From: Nannocystales bacterium
Lineage (GTDB): Bacteria; Myxococcota_A; Polyangia; Nannocystales; Nannocystaceae
Length of the DNA: 64,000 nt
Reading direction: 5' to 3'
Assembly (NCBI GenBank): GCA_050633305.1
Contig: JBOEGF010000014.1
Span: 96,001 to 160,000, forward strand
Shown: piece after piece, positions 1 through 9,146 of the stretch
How positions within the stretch are numbered: the first letter of the stretch is position 1
Layout of the letters: every line of letters starts with the position of its first letter
The notes under the pieces: model-generated
What the model was told of the DNA's origin: nothing
Databases searched by the model: none
Seen by the model: the letters and a program-made list of their open reading frames with translations, nothing else
Position numbers and translations under genes: made by a program

Positions 1-900
1 GAGGACGCGGCACGACTGGTGCTCTACTTCAAAGGCGGCGGCGCCTGCTTCAATCCCGTGACCTGCGGTTTCACTTCGCCCTTGATGCAGACGGGCCCCG
101 AGGCGATGCAGGCCAACCCCGACGGTGTGCTGGACTTCGCCCACGACGAGAACCCGTTCCTCGACGCCAACGTCGTCTACATGCCGTACTGCACGGGGGA
201 CGTGCACGCGGGCATCTTGGGTGAGCAGACCGTCCCCGATGTGGAGGAACCATGGAACTTCGTGGGGCACGACAACGTGTTGGCCGCGTTGAATCGCCTG
301 GTCCCGACATTCAGCGACCCGGAGCAGTTGGTGGTGCTGGGCACCAGCGCGGGTGGGCTCGGGGCGTTGTTCAACTTCCGGTTCATTCGAGCGGGCTGGC
401 CCGAGACCGATACCGTGATGATCGACGACTCCGGCGTCATCCTCCCCGATGCGTTCCTCGACCCGTGCCTGCAGACCCAGATGCGTGAGCGCTGGGGCTT
501 CAGCGGACTGTTGCCGGGCGCATGTGATGGCTGCAACCCGGCGGACGGCGGAGGGCTGTCGACGTTGTTCTCCTACTTGCCCGATGCCTACCCGGACGTT
601 CGCTTCGCGTTGATCGCGTCGAACCAGGACCAGATCCTTCGGCTTTTCTATGGGTACGGCAACGAGGGCTGTTCGCCTGGAGGCGGTGTCCCGGACCTCG
701 GAGCGGATCGCTTCGGCGAAGGCCTGTGGACGTTGCATAACGAACGGCTCGAGGGTCGTGTCGCGCTGTTCGAGATCGACAGCGACGTTCACACCTGGTC
801 GACCAAGTCGAACTTCTACGCTGCGGAGACCTCGGGGGTGCGGATGGCGGACTGGTTTCAGAGCGTGCTGGACGGCCCGACTGAGACCGTCCGGCCCTGA
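1..900 (+). CDS. Pectin acetylesterase/Notum-family alpha/beta hydrolase (5' truncated by window edge)
   Basis: The frame is open from base 1. Motifs GGGACF, YMPYCTGDVHAG and the nucleophile elbow GTSAGG are typical of the family. Confidence 0.8.
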   Translation, partial: EDAARLVLYFKGGGACFNPVTCGFTSPLMQTGPEAMQANPDGVLDFAHDENPFLDANVVYMPYCTGDVHAGILGEQTVPDVEEPWNFVGHDNVLAALNRLVPTFSDPEQLVVLGTSAGGLGALFNFRFIRAGWPETDTVMIDDSGVILPDAFLDPCLQTQMRERWGFSGLLPGACDGCNPADGGGLSTLFSYLPDAYPDVRFALIASNQDQILRLFYGYGNEGCSPGGGVPDLGADRFGEGLWTLHNERLEGRVALFEIDSDVHTWSTKSNFYAAETSGVRMADWFQSVLDGPTETVRP

Positions 901-1062
901 GCTGTGGCGCCCGAGAGCGCGCGCGCTGGGATGTCGTGGATCGAGGCGAAGACTCGGAATTCGGCCGTATCACGCGCTGCTTGGCCGCAGCGTTGGTTGC
1001 GCCGCGCGAAATTGTTTCGTTTTAACCTTCAAAATTTATGAAAGTTGGATTACCTTTTCTTC

Positions 1063-2103
1063 ATGTCTAGAAGTGCATGGGTTCTGGCTGTCCTCTCGTT
1101 GTCCCTGGGCTGTCAGAAACAGGCCGAGCCCCCACAAGCCCCGATCGTCGCTCAATCGGGAGATGCGGCAGAGGAGCCCGAGCCTGAGCCTGAGCCTGAG
1201 CCCCCCAAGGTTCCCGAGGACGCGATCGCCGTCGGCACGTTCAACCTCGAGTGGGCGTTCGACGATCTCGATGATCGGCCAAAGAAGGCGCGCCCCCATG
1301 TCGCGAAGACCCCTGAGGACTGGGCGTGGAAGCGTGATCAGATCGTCGACATCCTGATCGCCGAGAAGCTCGACGTCATCACGCTGACCGAGCTCGGTGG
1401 AGAGCGGGAGCTGATCGACATCGCAACCGAGGTCGCGCTCAAAGACGGGTACGAGTACGACACGGCCTGGCTGCAGGGTTCGGATCGCGCGACGGGGCAG
1501 CAGGTCGGGATCCTCTCCCGCTTCCCGATCAGCAACGTTCGTCGCTACGACGTGGCCATCGCCAAACATGTCGCGGTGGACGTCGAGCTTCCCACTGGTG
1601 AGGACCTCGCGGTCGTTGCGGTGCACATGCGGGACGGCAAGGCGCCTGCGTACGGGTCGAAACGTCGCAAAGCCGCTCGTGCGCTGCAGCGAGCGGTGAC
1701 GAAGGAGCTCCGCGGTCGACCTTTCCTGATCACGGGGACGATGAACTCGGTCACGCATCCGTACGACGATGGCTACGCCAAGCGAACGCCGGGGATCCTC
1801 TCGGCCAAGCACAACCGTACAGATGAAGACGACTGCGCTGACTCGGCAACCGACGCAGGGGTCACCAACACCGCTGGTGAACCCGCCGATCACATCATCG
1901 CCTGCGGGGTCGAGCTTCGAAGCGCCACAACCTCGGCGGAGGACAAGGTCGTTCGTCAGGACGAGGACCCTGGGGAGTTGCCGTGGGCCGCGGTTCCTGT
2001 CGAAGCCGAGCCGTACCGCGACGTGAGCGACCACTACCTGGTGTGGGCCGAGATCGCGATGCCGAAGCCTCCAGCGGAAGCGTCCGACGAGACCGAGGCC
2101 TGA
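1063..2103 (+). CDS. Endonuclease/exonuclease/phosphatase (EEP) family lipoprotein
   Basis: Lipobox SLGC and an EP-repeat linker. EEP motifs: GTFNLEW, DVITLTE, ILSRFPI, VHM, DHI and C-terminal SDHYLV. Confidence 0.8.
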   Translation: MSRSAWVLAVLSLSLGCQKQAEPPQAPIVAQSGDAAEEPEPEPEPEPPKVPEDAIAVGTFNLEWAFDDLDDRPKKARPHVAKTPEDWAWKRDQIVDILIAEKLDVITLTELGGERELIDIATEVALKDGYEYDTAWLQGSDRATGQQVGILSRFPISNVRRYDVAIAKHVAVDVELPTGEDLAVVAVHMRDGKAPAYGSKRRKAARALQRAVTKELRGRPFLITGTMNSVTHPYDDGYAKRTPGILSAKHNRTDEDDCADSATDAGVTNTAGEPADHIIACGVELRSATTSAEDKVVRQDEDPGELPWAAVPVEAEPYRDVSDHYLVWAEIAMPKPPAEASDETEA

Positions 2104-2129
2104 GGCCTGCGCCTCGGTCACGCTTCGAG

Positions 2130-2171
2130 ACGCAAAGGAGGCGGTTGGGAAACCAACCGCCTTCTTTGCGT
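2130..2171. terminator. 19-bp stem, GAAA-tetraloop hairpin between convergent genes (likely terminator)
   Basis: ACGCAAAGGAGGCGGTTGG-GAAA-CCAACCGCCTTCTTTGCGT has a single G-T wobble and lies 27 nt after the EEP gene stop. Confidence 0.7.
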
Positions 2172-2245
2172 TGAGCCGGAGCGACATCGCGTGCTCGAGG
2201 TCGAACACCTCGGGCGAGCGGACCTCTTCTCCTGATCCGTCGCCG

Positions 2246-2407
2246 CTAGATCGCCGCGAAGGCGAGCATGGAGACGACGATCGCGGCGACCGTGAGCCCG
2301 GCCCCGACAAGTGCGGAACTCGCCGGTTTCGCATCGGACAGGGGCTGCAGGGGGATCGTGCGGCGACCGGCAGTCGTGGTGGTTTGCGCGGGAATGGACG
2401 AAGACAT
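2246..2407 (-). CDS. Small hypothetical single-pass membrane protein
   Basis: 53-aa ORF ending in a hydrophobic helix (LVGAGLTVAAIVVSMLAFAAI). It fills the gap between the hairpin and a divergent gene. Confidence 0.45.
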   Translation of the reverse strand: MSSSIPAQTTTTAGRRTIPLQPLSDAKPASSALVGAGLTVAAIVVSMLAFAAI

Positions 2408-2562
2408 CGGAAACTCCAGCAAGACCGTGCTCCGTCCTGCAGAAGGTTCTACGGCGAAAACTGGCGTAGGTTTCAGAGTCGGGGCATCTTTCCTCGTCGA
2501 TGGGAACGAATTCCCCAGGAACTTGGGAACCTCTGGCCGGGGTGCTTGCACTTACGCCCTAG

Positions 2563-3744
2563 ATGGGACGCATGGGACTCGGATTGTTCGCGGCGCTGGC
2601 TGCATCGACCCTCTTCCCTGGTTGCGATCTTGAAACCCAAGGCCGGCCGGAGAACACCCTCGCGGGCAGCTGTGAGGGATTCTGTGGCGAAATGGCCCCG
2701 TTGGGCTGCTACTGCGACGCCGACTGTGCCGCGGACGGGGACTGCTGCCCAGATGCCGCGCTCGCCTGCGCCTCGGTGGCGGCCAACGAGGACGACCCGT
2801 GGATCGGTAGTCCGTGCAACCCGGGCGAGGACGCGTGCGACTTCGAAGCCAACGGCGCCCGCGCCGAATGCATGGCCTTCGACGACGGTGACGGCGTGAC
2901 CCACGGATTCTGTTCCGTGCCTTGCGCCGGGACCTGCCCAGACAGCGACGGACACGCCACGACGTTCTGCGTGGAGCACGAAGGGGGCGGACAATGCATG
3001 TCGAAGGCTTCCGCCACCTACAACGAAAACTGCGAAGAGCTCCCGGGTACCCGCGCCAAGTCCAAGTCGCGGTACGTCGGTGGCAGCGGCATCTCATCGT
3101 CCTCGGCGAGCGTCTGCGTCCCCGACCAGCGCTCTGCCGTGACGGGCGAGCTTGCGGCGGACTTGCTCGAGCTCACCTCGGACTGTGACCGTCTCGACGG
3201 CACCCAACTCTTTCGCACCGATGCCGGTCGGGCCCGAACCATCGAGATCTGCGAACTCGAGGGCGCGATCTGGTGGAGGGCCGACGCAGACATCGACTGC
3301 GACGGCGGACGCTCCGAGCCCTGCACCTCCGACCCCTGGTATCAAGCCACCACCTCCTCCAAGGACTCCACCGGCAACTTCATCGATTCGGCTGCCGTCC
3401 CACACTTTGTGGTGCCCATGTCTGGCAGTGGGTTCACGCCCAGCGACCACGGCATCCGCACCAGCTGGAGCGCGGTCGGTAGCGCCGGGGCGATCCTCTA
3501 CGACGGACAGCTGCTCTTCGCTCCTTACGCCGACGCGGGTCCCCGACATGTCGTCGGTGAACTCTCGGCGGCTGCGGCGGACGAGTTGGGCATCCCCAAC
3601 CACCCGGTCAGCGGCGGCGTCGCGGAAGGCGTCACGTACATCATCTTCACCGGAGACGACGCCTACGTGTCTCCCATCGAGAGTCGCGCGGCCGCGGAGT
3701 CGATCGGCGAAGAGCTGGCTCAGCGACTGATCGAGAACAACTGA
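2563..3744 (+). CDS. Lipoprotein with somatomedin-B-like Cys-rich N-terminus and C-terminal GH75 chitosanase domain
   Basis: Lipobox FPGC. SMB-like SCEGFC..CYCDADC..GDCCPD. GH75 motifs DADIDCDG, YQATTS, DSAAVPHFVVP and YADAGP..VGELS. Confidence 0.8.
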   Translation: MGRMGLGLFAALAASTLFPGCDLETQGRPENTLAGSCEGFCGEMAPLGCYCDADCAADGDCCPDAALACASVAANEDDPWIGSPCNPGEDACDFEANGARAECMAFDDGDGVTHGFCSVPCAGTCPDSDGHATTFCVEHEGGGQCMSKASATYNENCEELPGTRAKSKSRYVGGSGISSSSASVCVPDQRSAVTGELAADLLELTSDCDRLDGTQLFRTDAGRARTIEICELEGAIWWRADADIDCDGGRSEPCTSDPWYQATTSSKDSTGNFIDSAAVPHFVVPMSGSGFTPSDHGIRTSWSAVGSAGAILYDGQLLFAPYADAGPRHVVGELSAAAADELGIPNHPVSGGVAEGVTYIIFTGDDAYVSPIESRAAAESIGEELAQRLIENN

Positions 3745-3782
3745 GTTCGGCGACACTCCGTAGAGGTTGGTAGCCTTACGGC

Positions 3783-4244
3783 GTGGAGCGGTTGACCGAC
3801 ATCCTCGGCGCCGCCGACGTCTGGATCGTCGTGGGGTTGGTGTCGGCGGTCATGTTTGGGGCCACGCTGTTGGCGATCCCTTGGCTCGTCGCCCGGCTGC
3901 CCGTTGACCACTTCGTCGGCGCCCGAGGGGTCCTCCAGCCCGAGTCTCGTCACCCCCTCCTGGCGTTTGCGCGCCGCTTGGCTCGCAACACCCTCGGCAT
4001 CGTTCTGGTCCTCGCCGGACTCGCGATGCTCGTCTTGCCCGGTCAGGGCGTGTTGACCGTGCTTTTGGGCGTCGTACTGCTCGACTTTCCCGGCAAGCGT
4101 GGGCTCCAGCAACGGCTCCTACGACAACGGCACGTTCGCAAGAGCCTGCAGTGGCTTCGCAAACGCGCCGGGCGAGAGCCGTTGGTCTTCGAAGACTCTA
4201 TCGGCGACGACGCAGACCCATCAAGCCGAACAGACCCAGCATGA
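3783..4244 (+). CDS. PGPGW-domain transmembrane protein
   Basis: Hydrophobic helices and GLAMLVLPGQGVLTVLLG..LDFPGK. Its 3' end overlaps the convergent gene. Confidence 0.75.
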   Translation: MERLTDILGAADVWIVVGLVSAVMFGATLLAIPWLVARLPVDHFVGARGVLQPESRHPLLAFARRLARNTLGIVLVLAGLAMLVLPGQGVLTVLLGVVLLDFPGKRGLQQRLLRQRHVRKSLQWLRKRAGREPLVFEDSIGDDADPSSRTDPA

Positions 4245-6066
4245 GCGCAGCGGGCCCGCCCGCGTCGTTGGAGCTGCTGCAGTTGCAGCCACCGTCGTCG
4301 TCGAGTTCGGTGTCTTGGCCAGCGCTGTCGGTGCCGCCACCCTCGCCATTGGAGCCGCCACCGGAGTCGCTACCGTTGGAACCATCGGTGCCCCCGCCGA
4401 CTCCGCCGCACTCCTCCGCGCTGGGGAAGTTGTACTCGCAGTTGTGCATCGCGAGCTGCGTATTGATGGTGTCGGTCTGGTTGACCAGGACCATCGGGGC
4501 GCCGGCCTGCATCATCTCGGCGACCTCTTCTTCCCAGGGCATCTCGTCGTCGAAGTCGGGCCAGCTGCCGTCGGGCGAGTAGATGACCCGGTCGTCGGGA
4601 AGGGTCCAGATGACCGATGAATCACAGCCCGTGCCCTGCTGGGCGAACTGGGCGGTGAGGTCGATGTCTTGGAGGTCTGGGTTCTCGTAGAAGAACGGGT
4701 CGGCCGTCATCTCGCCGGGCGACATCGTGGTGTACATGCGGGTCAGGTACGGGAACGCTCCGAGAATCTCGACCGCACGTTGGCCCGGCGCCACGACGCG
4801 AGCCTCGAGGTCGGTGGTGAACCCAGTGCTGTCCCAAGCCTCCTGGTCGATCTGGTCCTGGTAGCAGCTCAGGCAGCCGTAGAAGTCGACCTCTTCGACG
4901 CCCTCGGGAACCGGAAGGTACTTCTGCAGCAGGCCGCGGAGCAGTGGGTGATTGTACTGACAGGCGAGGCCGTCGCCGCCCGAGCTGCTGCTGGATCCAA
5001 AGCCACCGCCGTCCTCAAAACAGGTCATCAGGCCCTGGTTCTCGAGGACATCGACCACGCCGATCGGTGCGAGATTCGCAAACGGGGCCGAGCTCCATTG
5101 GTCGCTGTACAGGCCGCCACTGGGAACGATCGAACTCGTGCCGGCGTACTCCGTGACAAACGCCCGGCCGTTGGCTTCGTCCGCGTCGACGGCCTGCGTG
5201 ATCACGGATTTGTAGTTGGATGCGAGGTTCGCCCAGTCGAGCTTGAGCGGGTTGACCAACACATGCTTGTAGGTGCTGGGAACGACCCGGGAGTCGCTGA
5301 GGAAGAACGACCGGATGTCCATGTCGTCGACCGCGGCGATCCGGGTGAGCCGCAGCGGGATGCAGGCTTCGTTGTTGGGGAAACGGAGCGTGATCGGGTG
5401 GATCTCGGCGGTCTCGGCGTCGTTGGTGAGCTTGAATGCGGCGAAGATGTAGCCCTCGGAGAGGTACTCCTCGAGGATGGGGTCGGCGTTGGGGTCTTGC
5501 TGGTACCCGTTCGTGTCGAGCCACATCTTGATCTCGTCGAGGTTCTCGCCACTGAGCACGGCGATCTCGAAGGCTCCGACAACCTCCTCGAGCAAGATGT
5601 CGACCCCTCCACCATCATCGGTGTCGCCATCAGAGTCGGAGCCGAAGCCGCCGCTACTGCCTCCGCCCGGGAAGCCGGTGGGATCACCGTCTGCGGTGTC
5701 ACCAGTGTCCTCGCCGCAGGACTGGCCGGTGAACACACTGTTGAACCCGTACCGCGGCACAGACGAACTCAGCACCGCATCAAACAGAAGTTCGGAGCCT
5801 ACGCCAAACTCGGGAAGCTCGGTCAGCGGCACGACCCACGAAAACTCCGCGGCTTCGGCGGTCGGGTCGTACTGAATCTGAATGTGAGCCTCCGTGTAGT
5901 CCTCGCCCATCACAAACAGGATGTTCTCGCCGGTCTGGTCGACGGGCATGGAGGTGGGCCCCGCGTCACAGAAGGTTCCGCCGCAGGCGTTGGCCTCTTG
6001 CGGCGTGGTGAGAACGAGTGCACCGGTGAGCGCAACGAGGGATGCAACAAGGGAAGTCTTCATCAT
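4198..6066 (-). CDS. DUF2330-domain secreted protein with MYXO-CTERM-type sorting signal
   Basis: Signal peptide then ACGGTFC..VDQTGENILF, FSWVVP and IPLRLT. C-terminus GGCNCSS..AALMLGLFGLMGLRRRR. Confidence 0.85.
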   Translation of the reverse strand: MMKTSLVASLVALTGALVLTTPQEANACGGTFCDAGPTSMPVDQTGENILFVMGEDYTEAHIQIQYDPTAEAAEFSWVVPLTELPEFGVGSELLFDAVLSSSVPRYGFNSVFTGQSCGEDTGDTADGDPTGFPGGGSSGGFGSDSDGDTDDGGGVDILLEEVVGAFEIAVLSGENLDEIKMWLDTNGYQQDPNADPILEEYLSEGYIFAAFKLTNDAETAEIHPITLRFPNNEACIPLRLTRIAAVDDMDIRSFFLSDSRVVPSTYKHVLVNPLKLDWANLASNYKSVITQAVDADEANGRAFVTEYAGTSSIVPSGGLYSDQWSSAPFANLAPIGVVDVLENQGLMTCFEDGGGFGSSSSSGGDGLACQYNHPLLRGLLQKYLPVPEGVEEVDFYGCLSCYQDQIDQEAWDSTGFTTDLEARVVAPGQRAVEILGAFPYLTRMYTTMSPGEMTADPFFYENPDLQDIDLTAQFAQQGTGCDSSVIWTLPDDRVIYSPDGSWPDFDDEMPWEEEVAEMMQAGAPMVLVNQTDTINTQLAMHNCEYNFPSAEECGGVGGGTDGSNGSDSGGGSNGEGGGTDSAGQDTELDDDGGCNCSSSNDAGGPAALMLGLFGLMGLRRRR

Positions 6067-6200
6067 CGGATCAATCCAAGAGTGGCCAAAACCGGAAGGC
6101 GCAAGCCATGCGCCCCAAAGCGCCTCCAGCGTAACAGCTGCCCCCCGGATCGGCCGTATGACAAAGGTGTCACTTTGCAGCGCTCACCCTGACGCCGATG

Positions 6201-7466
6201 TCATGAGGGTTCGTCGACGACGAATTCCATGCCCTGATCTCGCAGTCTCGCGAGCAGCGAACGACCCATGGTCGCCGCCGGTGTGCCCATGCCGCCGGGG
6301 CTCTCGAGGCCATCTCCGTCGAGCGCGAGACAGAGCGCCGACTCTCCGAGCATCTTGGCGGTCTCACCGTAGCCCGGGTCAGCCTTTCCGACCACGCGGC
6401 TTCGAATCTGCACCTCCTGGCCTGTTTCGGTCCGGCCCTTCCCGATCAGGTGGAGGACGAACGAGCCCGCCTTCCGTTGCTCACGGCTCGGCCCCTCGCC
6501 CGGGGAGGGGAGCTTGCGCATGATGAGGTTGCGCGTGGGGGCGAACGTGATGCCCGCCATCAGCCCGGTGACCCCGGCGGCCAACGTCGTGGCGCGCATG
6601 AAGCCCTTCGGGCCATCGCCGGTTCCGGAGCACTCGGAGTATCGGAAGTCGCGGCCGTAGGGGTACCCGAGTAGAGCGTTGCTACGGCGCACGATCCGGG
6701 TGTTGATGGAGGCCATCACAAACGGACCGGTCCAGCCCGGGAGGTCCTCATCGTATCGGACCCCCTTCTGGTCGCTCGAGTCGGAGCCGCGACGTTCTCC
6801 GTCGGGGTTGAGGCCGTAGGGGTTGCCCATCTTTCGCAGGATGCTGCGGTCGGCTTTAACGTCTTCGACGACTTGCAACATGCTGGCGATGGTTCCGCCC
6901 GACACGCCGCCTTTCATACGGCCGGTGATCAGCTTCACCTCATCCAGCACGACCCCGAACCGTTCCTTCGCCTCATGGACCAAGTTCCATGTCCCGAGGT
7001 CCGAGGGGATTGAGTCGAAGCCGCAGCAGTTCACGATGCGTGCACCCGTCTCGACCGCGCGCTCGTGATGCTTGTCGATCATCGCGCGGACGAATTGCGG
7101 TTCTCCGGTGAGGTCGCAGTAGTCGGTACCGGCTTCGACGCACGATTCGACCAACGCCTTCCCGTACTTCGCGTAGGGGCCAACGGTCGTGCAGACGACT
7201 TCGGTGTCTTTGGTGATGGCGTCGAGCGAGGTACGGTCGTGGCTGTCACCCGAGAGCAGCTCGAAGGCTTTCGCCTCAGGGTCGACCGAAGCGAGCTCTT
7301 GTCGAACCCGTTCGAGCTTGTCCGGGTTGCGCCCTGCCAACGCGATGCGCAGACCTTCGCCGGCATGTCGCTGCAGGAGGTATTCCGCCGTCAACTTGCC
7401 GGTGAACCCCGTGGCCCCCCACAGCACAACGTCGAAGCGGCGAGAGCGGTTGCGCGAGCGCGTCAT
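6201..7466 (-). CDS. Saccharopine dehydrogenase-like NAD(P)-dependent oxidoreductase (trans-acting enoyl reductase family)
   Basis: Motifs DVVLWGATGFTG, IALAGRN, TTVGPY, YCDLTGE, CGFDSIPSDLG and DPGYGETAKML. Confidence 0.88.
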   Translation of the reverse strand: MTRSRNRSRRFDVVLWGATGFTGKLTAEYLLQRHAGEGLRIALAGRNPDKLERVRQELASVDPEAKAFELLSGDSHDRTSLDAITKDTEVVCTTVGPYAKYGKALVESCVEAGTDYCDLTGEPQFVRAMIDKHHERAVETGARIVNCCGFDSIPSDLGTWNLVHEAKERFGVVLDEVKLITGRMKGGVSGGTIASMLQVVEDVKADRSILRKMGNPYGLNPDGERRGSDSSDQKGVRYDEDLPGWTGPFVMASINTRIVRRSNALLGYPYGRDFRYSECSGTGDGPKGFMRATTLAAGVTGLMAGITFAPTRNLIMRKLPSPGEGPSREQRKAGSFVLHLIGKGRTETGQEVQIRSRVVGKADPGYGETAKMLGESALCLALDGDGLESPGGMGTPAATMGRSLLARLRDQGMEFVVDEPS

Positions 7467-7587
7467 GACAGACCCATACCGCACCGCCTCGGAGCGCAGC
7501 TGCGGGTTCGGCACCCATTTTTGCAGCCGAACCCCACTTTTTTTCCGCCGGGTGTCCGGTGAGCTTGCGGTTTCCGGTTGGGCCTGT

Positions 7588-8541
7588 GTGAAGAGCTTCA
7601 GACCTACGGTTCTCCTGTCCAGCCTGCTCGTGGTGGCTGGAGGCTGCACCATCGACGTCGACGGCGACGATGACGGCTCGACCGGCGCAACGGCCGAAAC
7701 AGACCCCGCCGCCTCGGGCGGCGACGAGTCGGGATCCGGGACGGACGGCTGGAGCGAATTCTCTCACTGCGAGCCGGACCCTCAGGCGCCGCTGTCGGGG
7801 GACGCGATGGGTTCGTTCTCGGGGGCGAACGAAGACGGCCAGGCATCGACCATGGGGCTGAGTGCACCCGCCGGGGGCTACGTGACCGCCACCTTCACAC
7901 CCGGACTCGCCCGTGGAGGCCTATTCGCGTTCGGGTCCGGAGACGCGGACGTGTTCAACACCGTCGAGCAGGACTACGAAGAACCCGTCGACATCGCGTT
8001 CTTGGCGGCCCCTGGCGTCGCCTACCAACTCGAGGCGAGACAGCAGGGCAACGCAAACCCGGACGAGTATCCGTTTGGTTGGGCCCTCTCGTGGTCCGCC
8101 GTTCCGATCCCCGACTGTTGGGAGCCGAACAACTCGATGGGTGACGCCAGCGATGTCGCCCTGGGGCACGCGATCTCCGGCTACATCAACGCCGGGCAGA
8201 GCGGTGGCGACCCGGTGGCCCCCGCGGACTGGCTGGACTTCTATCGGTTCGAAGTCGAGGAGGCGGGGACGCTGAGGGTCGACATGATGCAGGTGCCTGG
8301 GGATGGCTTGGTCCGGGCACGGGTCCTGGACCAAGCCGGCGAACAGGTGGGGTCGATCGAGCATCCGAGCGAGGAGACGGAACCGTTTTCGGACGTCGTT
8401 GACCTCGGATCCGGAACGTACTTCCTCGAGGTCAATCCGTTCTTGCTGCCGACGCAGCGTGTTGCGGATGACGCTGAGGGCGGAATCCCTAGCTCCTGGA
8501 CGACGCCGTACACGTTCGAGTTGAGCCTCGACCCAGCCTGA
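7588..8541 (+). CDS. Lipoprotein with C-terminal PPC-like (pre-peptidase) beta-sandwich domain
   Basis: GTG start, lipobox-like AGGC, and WEPNN..A / DFYRF / GTYFLEV pattern. Confidence 0.65.
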   Translation: MKSFRPTVLLSSLLVVAGGCTIDVDGDDDGSTGATAETDPAASGGDESGSGTDGWSEFSHCEPDPQAPLSGDAMGSFSGANEDGQASTMGLSAPAGGYVTATFTPGLARGGLFAFGSGDADVFNTVEQDYEEPVDIAFLAAPGVAYQLEARQQGNANPDEYPFGWALSWSAVPIPDCWEPNNSMGDASDVALGHAISGYINAGQSGGDPVAPADWLDFYRFEVEEAGTLRVDMMQVPGDGLVRARVLDQAGEQVGSIEHPSEETEPFSDVVDLGSGTYFLEVNPFLLPTQRVADDAEGGIPSSWTTPYTFELSLDPA

Positions 8542-8551
8542 GCAACGCTGC

Positions 8552-9127
8552 CTATAGCTCGAGCCCTCGCATGGTGGCGTGCATCCAAGTCCGGGCGCGC
8601 TGCCATTGTCGCTGAACGGTGCGCGCTGAGATGCCGAGCGTCTCGGCGATCTCCTCGTTCTCCAAGCCGCCGAAGAAACGCGCTTCGACGATGTCCGCCT
8701 TTTGTGGGTCGTGCTCGTGGAGTTGCCGCAAGAGCCGATCGATCGTGATGACCGTGTCGGCCCTTTCGGCATCCATCACACCCGCCGGGTCCGCATCTGG
8801 GTCGTGCGGGGTCCCGCCCCCGCGCTTGTGTGCCAGCTGTCGCTCCGCGTAGTTCAGGAGGAGCTGACGCATGGCTTTAGAAGCGACTGCGAAGAAGTGC
8901 TTGCGGTCGTACCACTGCGCGCCGGTCCGCTCGATGAGGCGGACGTAGGCCTCGTGGACGAGCGCGGTGGGGCCAAGGGTGTCGTTGCCTGACCAACGGC
9001 GGCGCCGCTCGACCGCGATCGCACGCAGGTCGTCGTACACCGAGGGCATCAAGGCCTCGATGGCTCCGGGTTGCCCTTCGGTCACCGCACGAAGGAGTCC
9101 GGTGATGTCCACGTGCTCGGACGCCAC
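8552..9127 (-). CDS. ECF-type RNA polymerase sigma factor, kinase-associated (ECF43-like)
   Basis: Motifs DITGLL..YDDLRAIA, TLGPTALVHEAYVRL, HFFAVASKAMRQLL, KRGG and RFFGGL..EEIAETLGISARTVQRQW. Confidence 0.88.
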   Translation of the reverse strand: MASEHVDITGLLRAVTEGQPGAIEALMPSVYDDLRAIAVERRRRWSGNDTLGPTALVHEAYVRLIERTGAQWYDRKHFFAVASKAMRQLLLNYAERQLAHKRGGGTPHDPDADPAGVMDAERADTVITIDRLLRQLHEHDPQKADIVEARFFGGLENEEIAETLGISARTVQRQWQRARTWMHATMRGLEL

Positions 9128-9146
9128 GCCTTACGGTAACAAGCAA

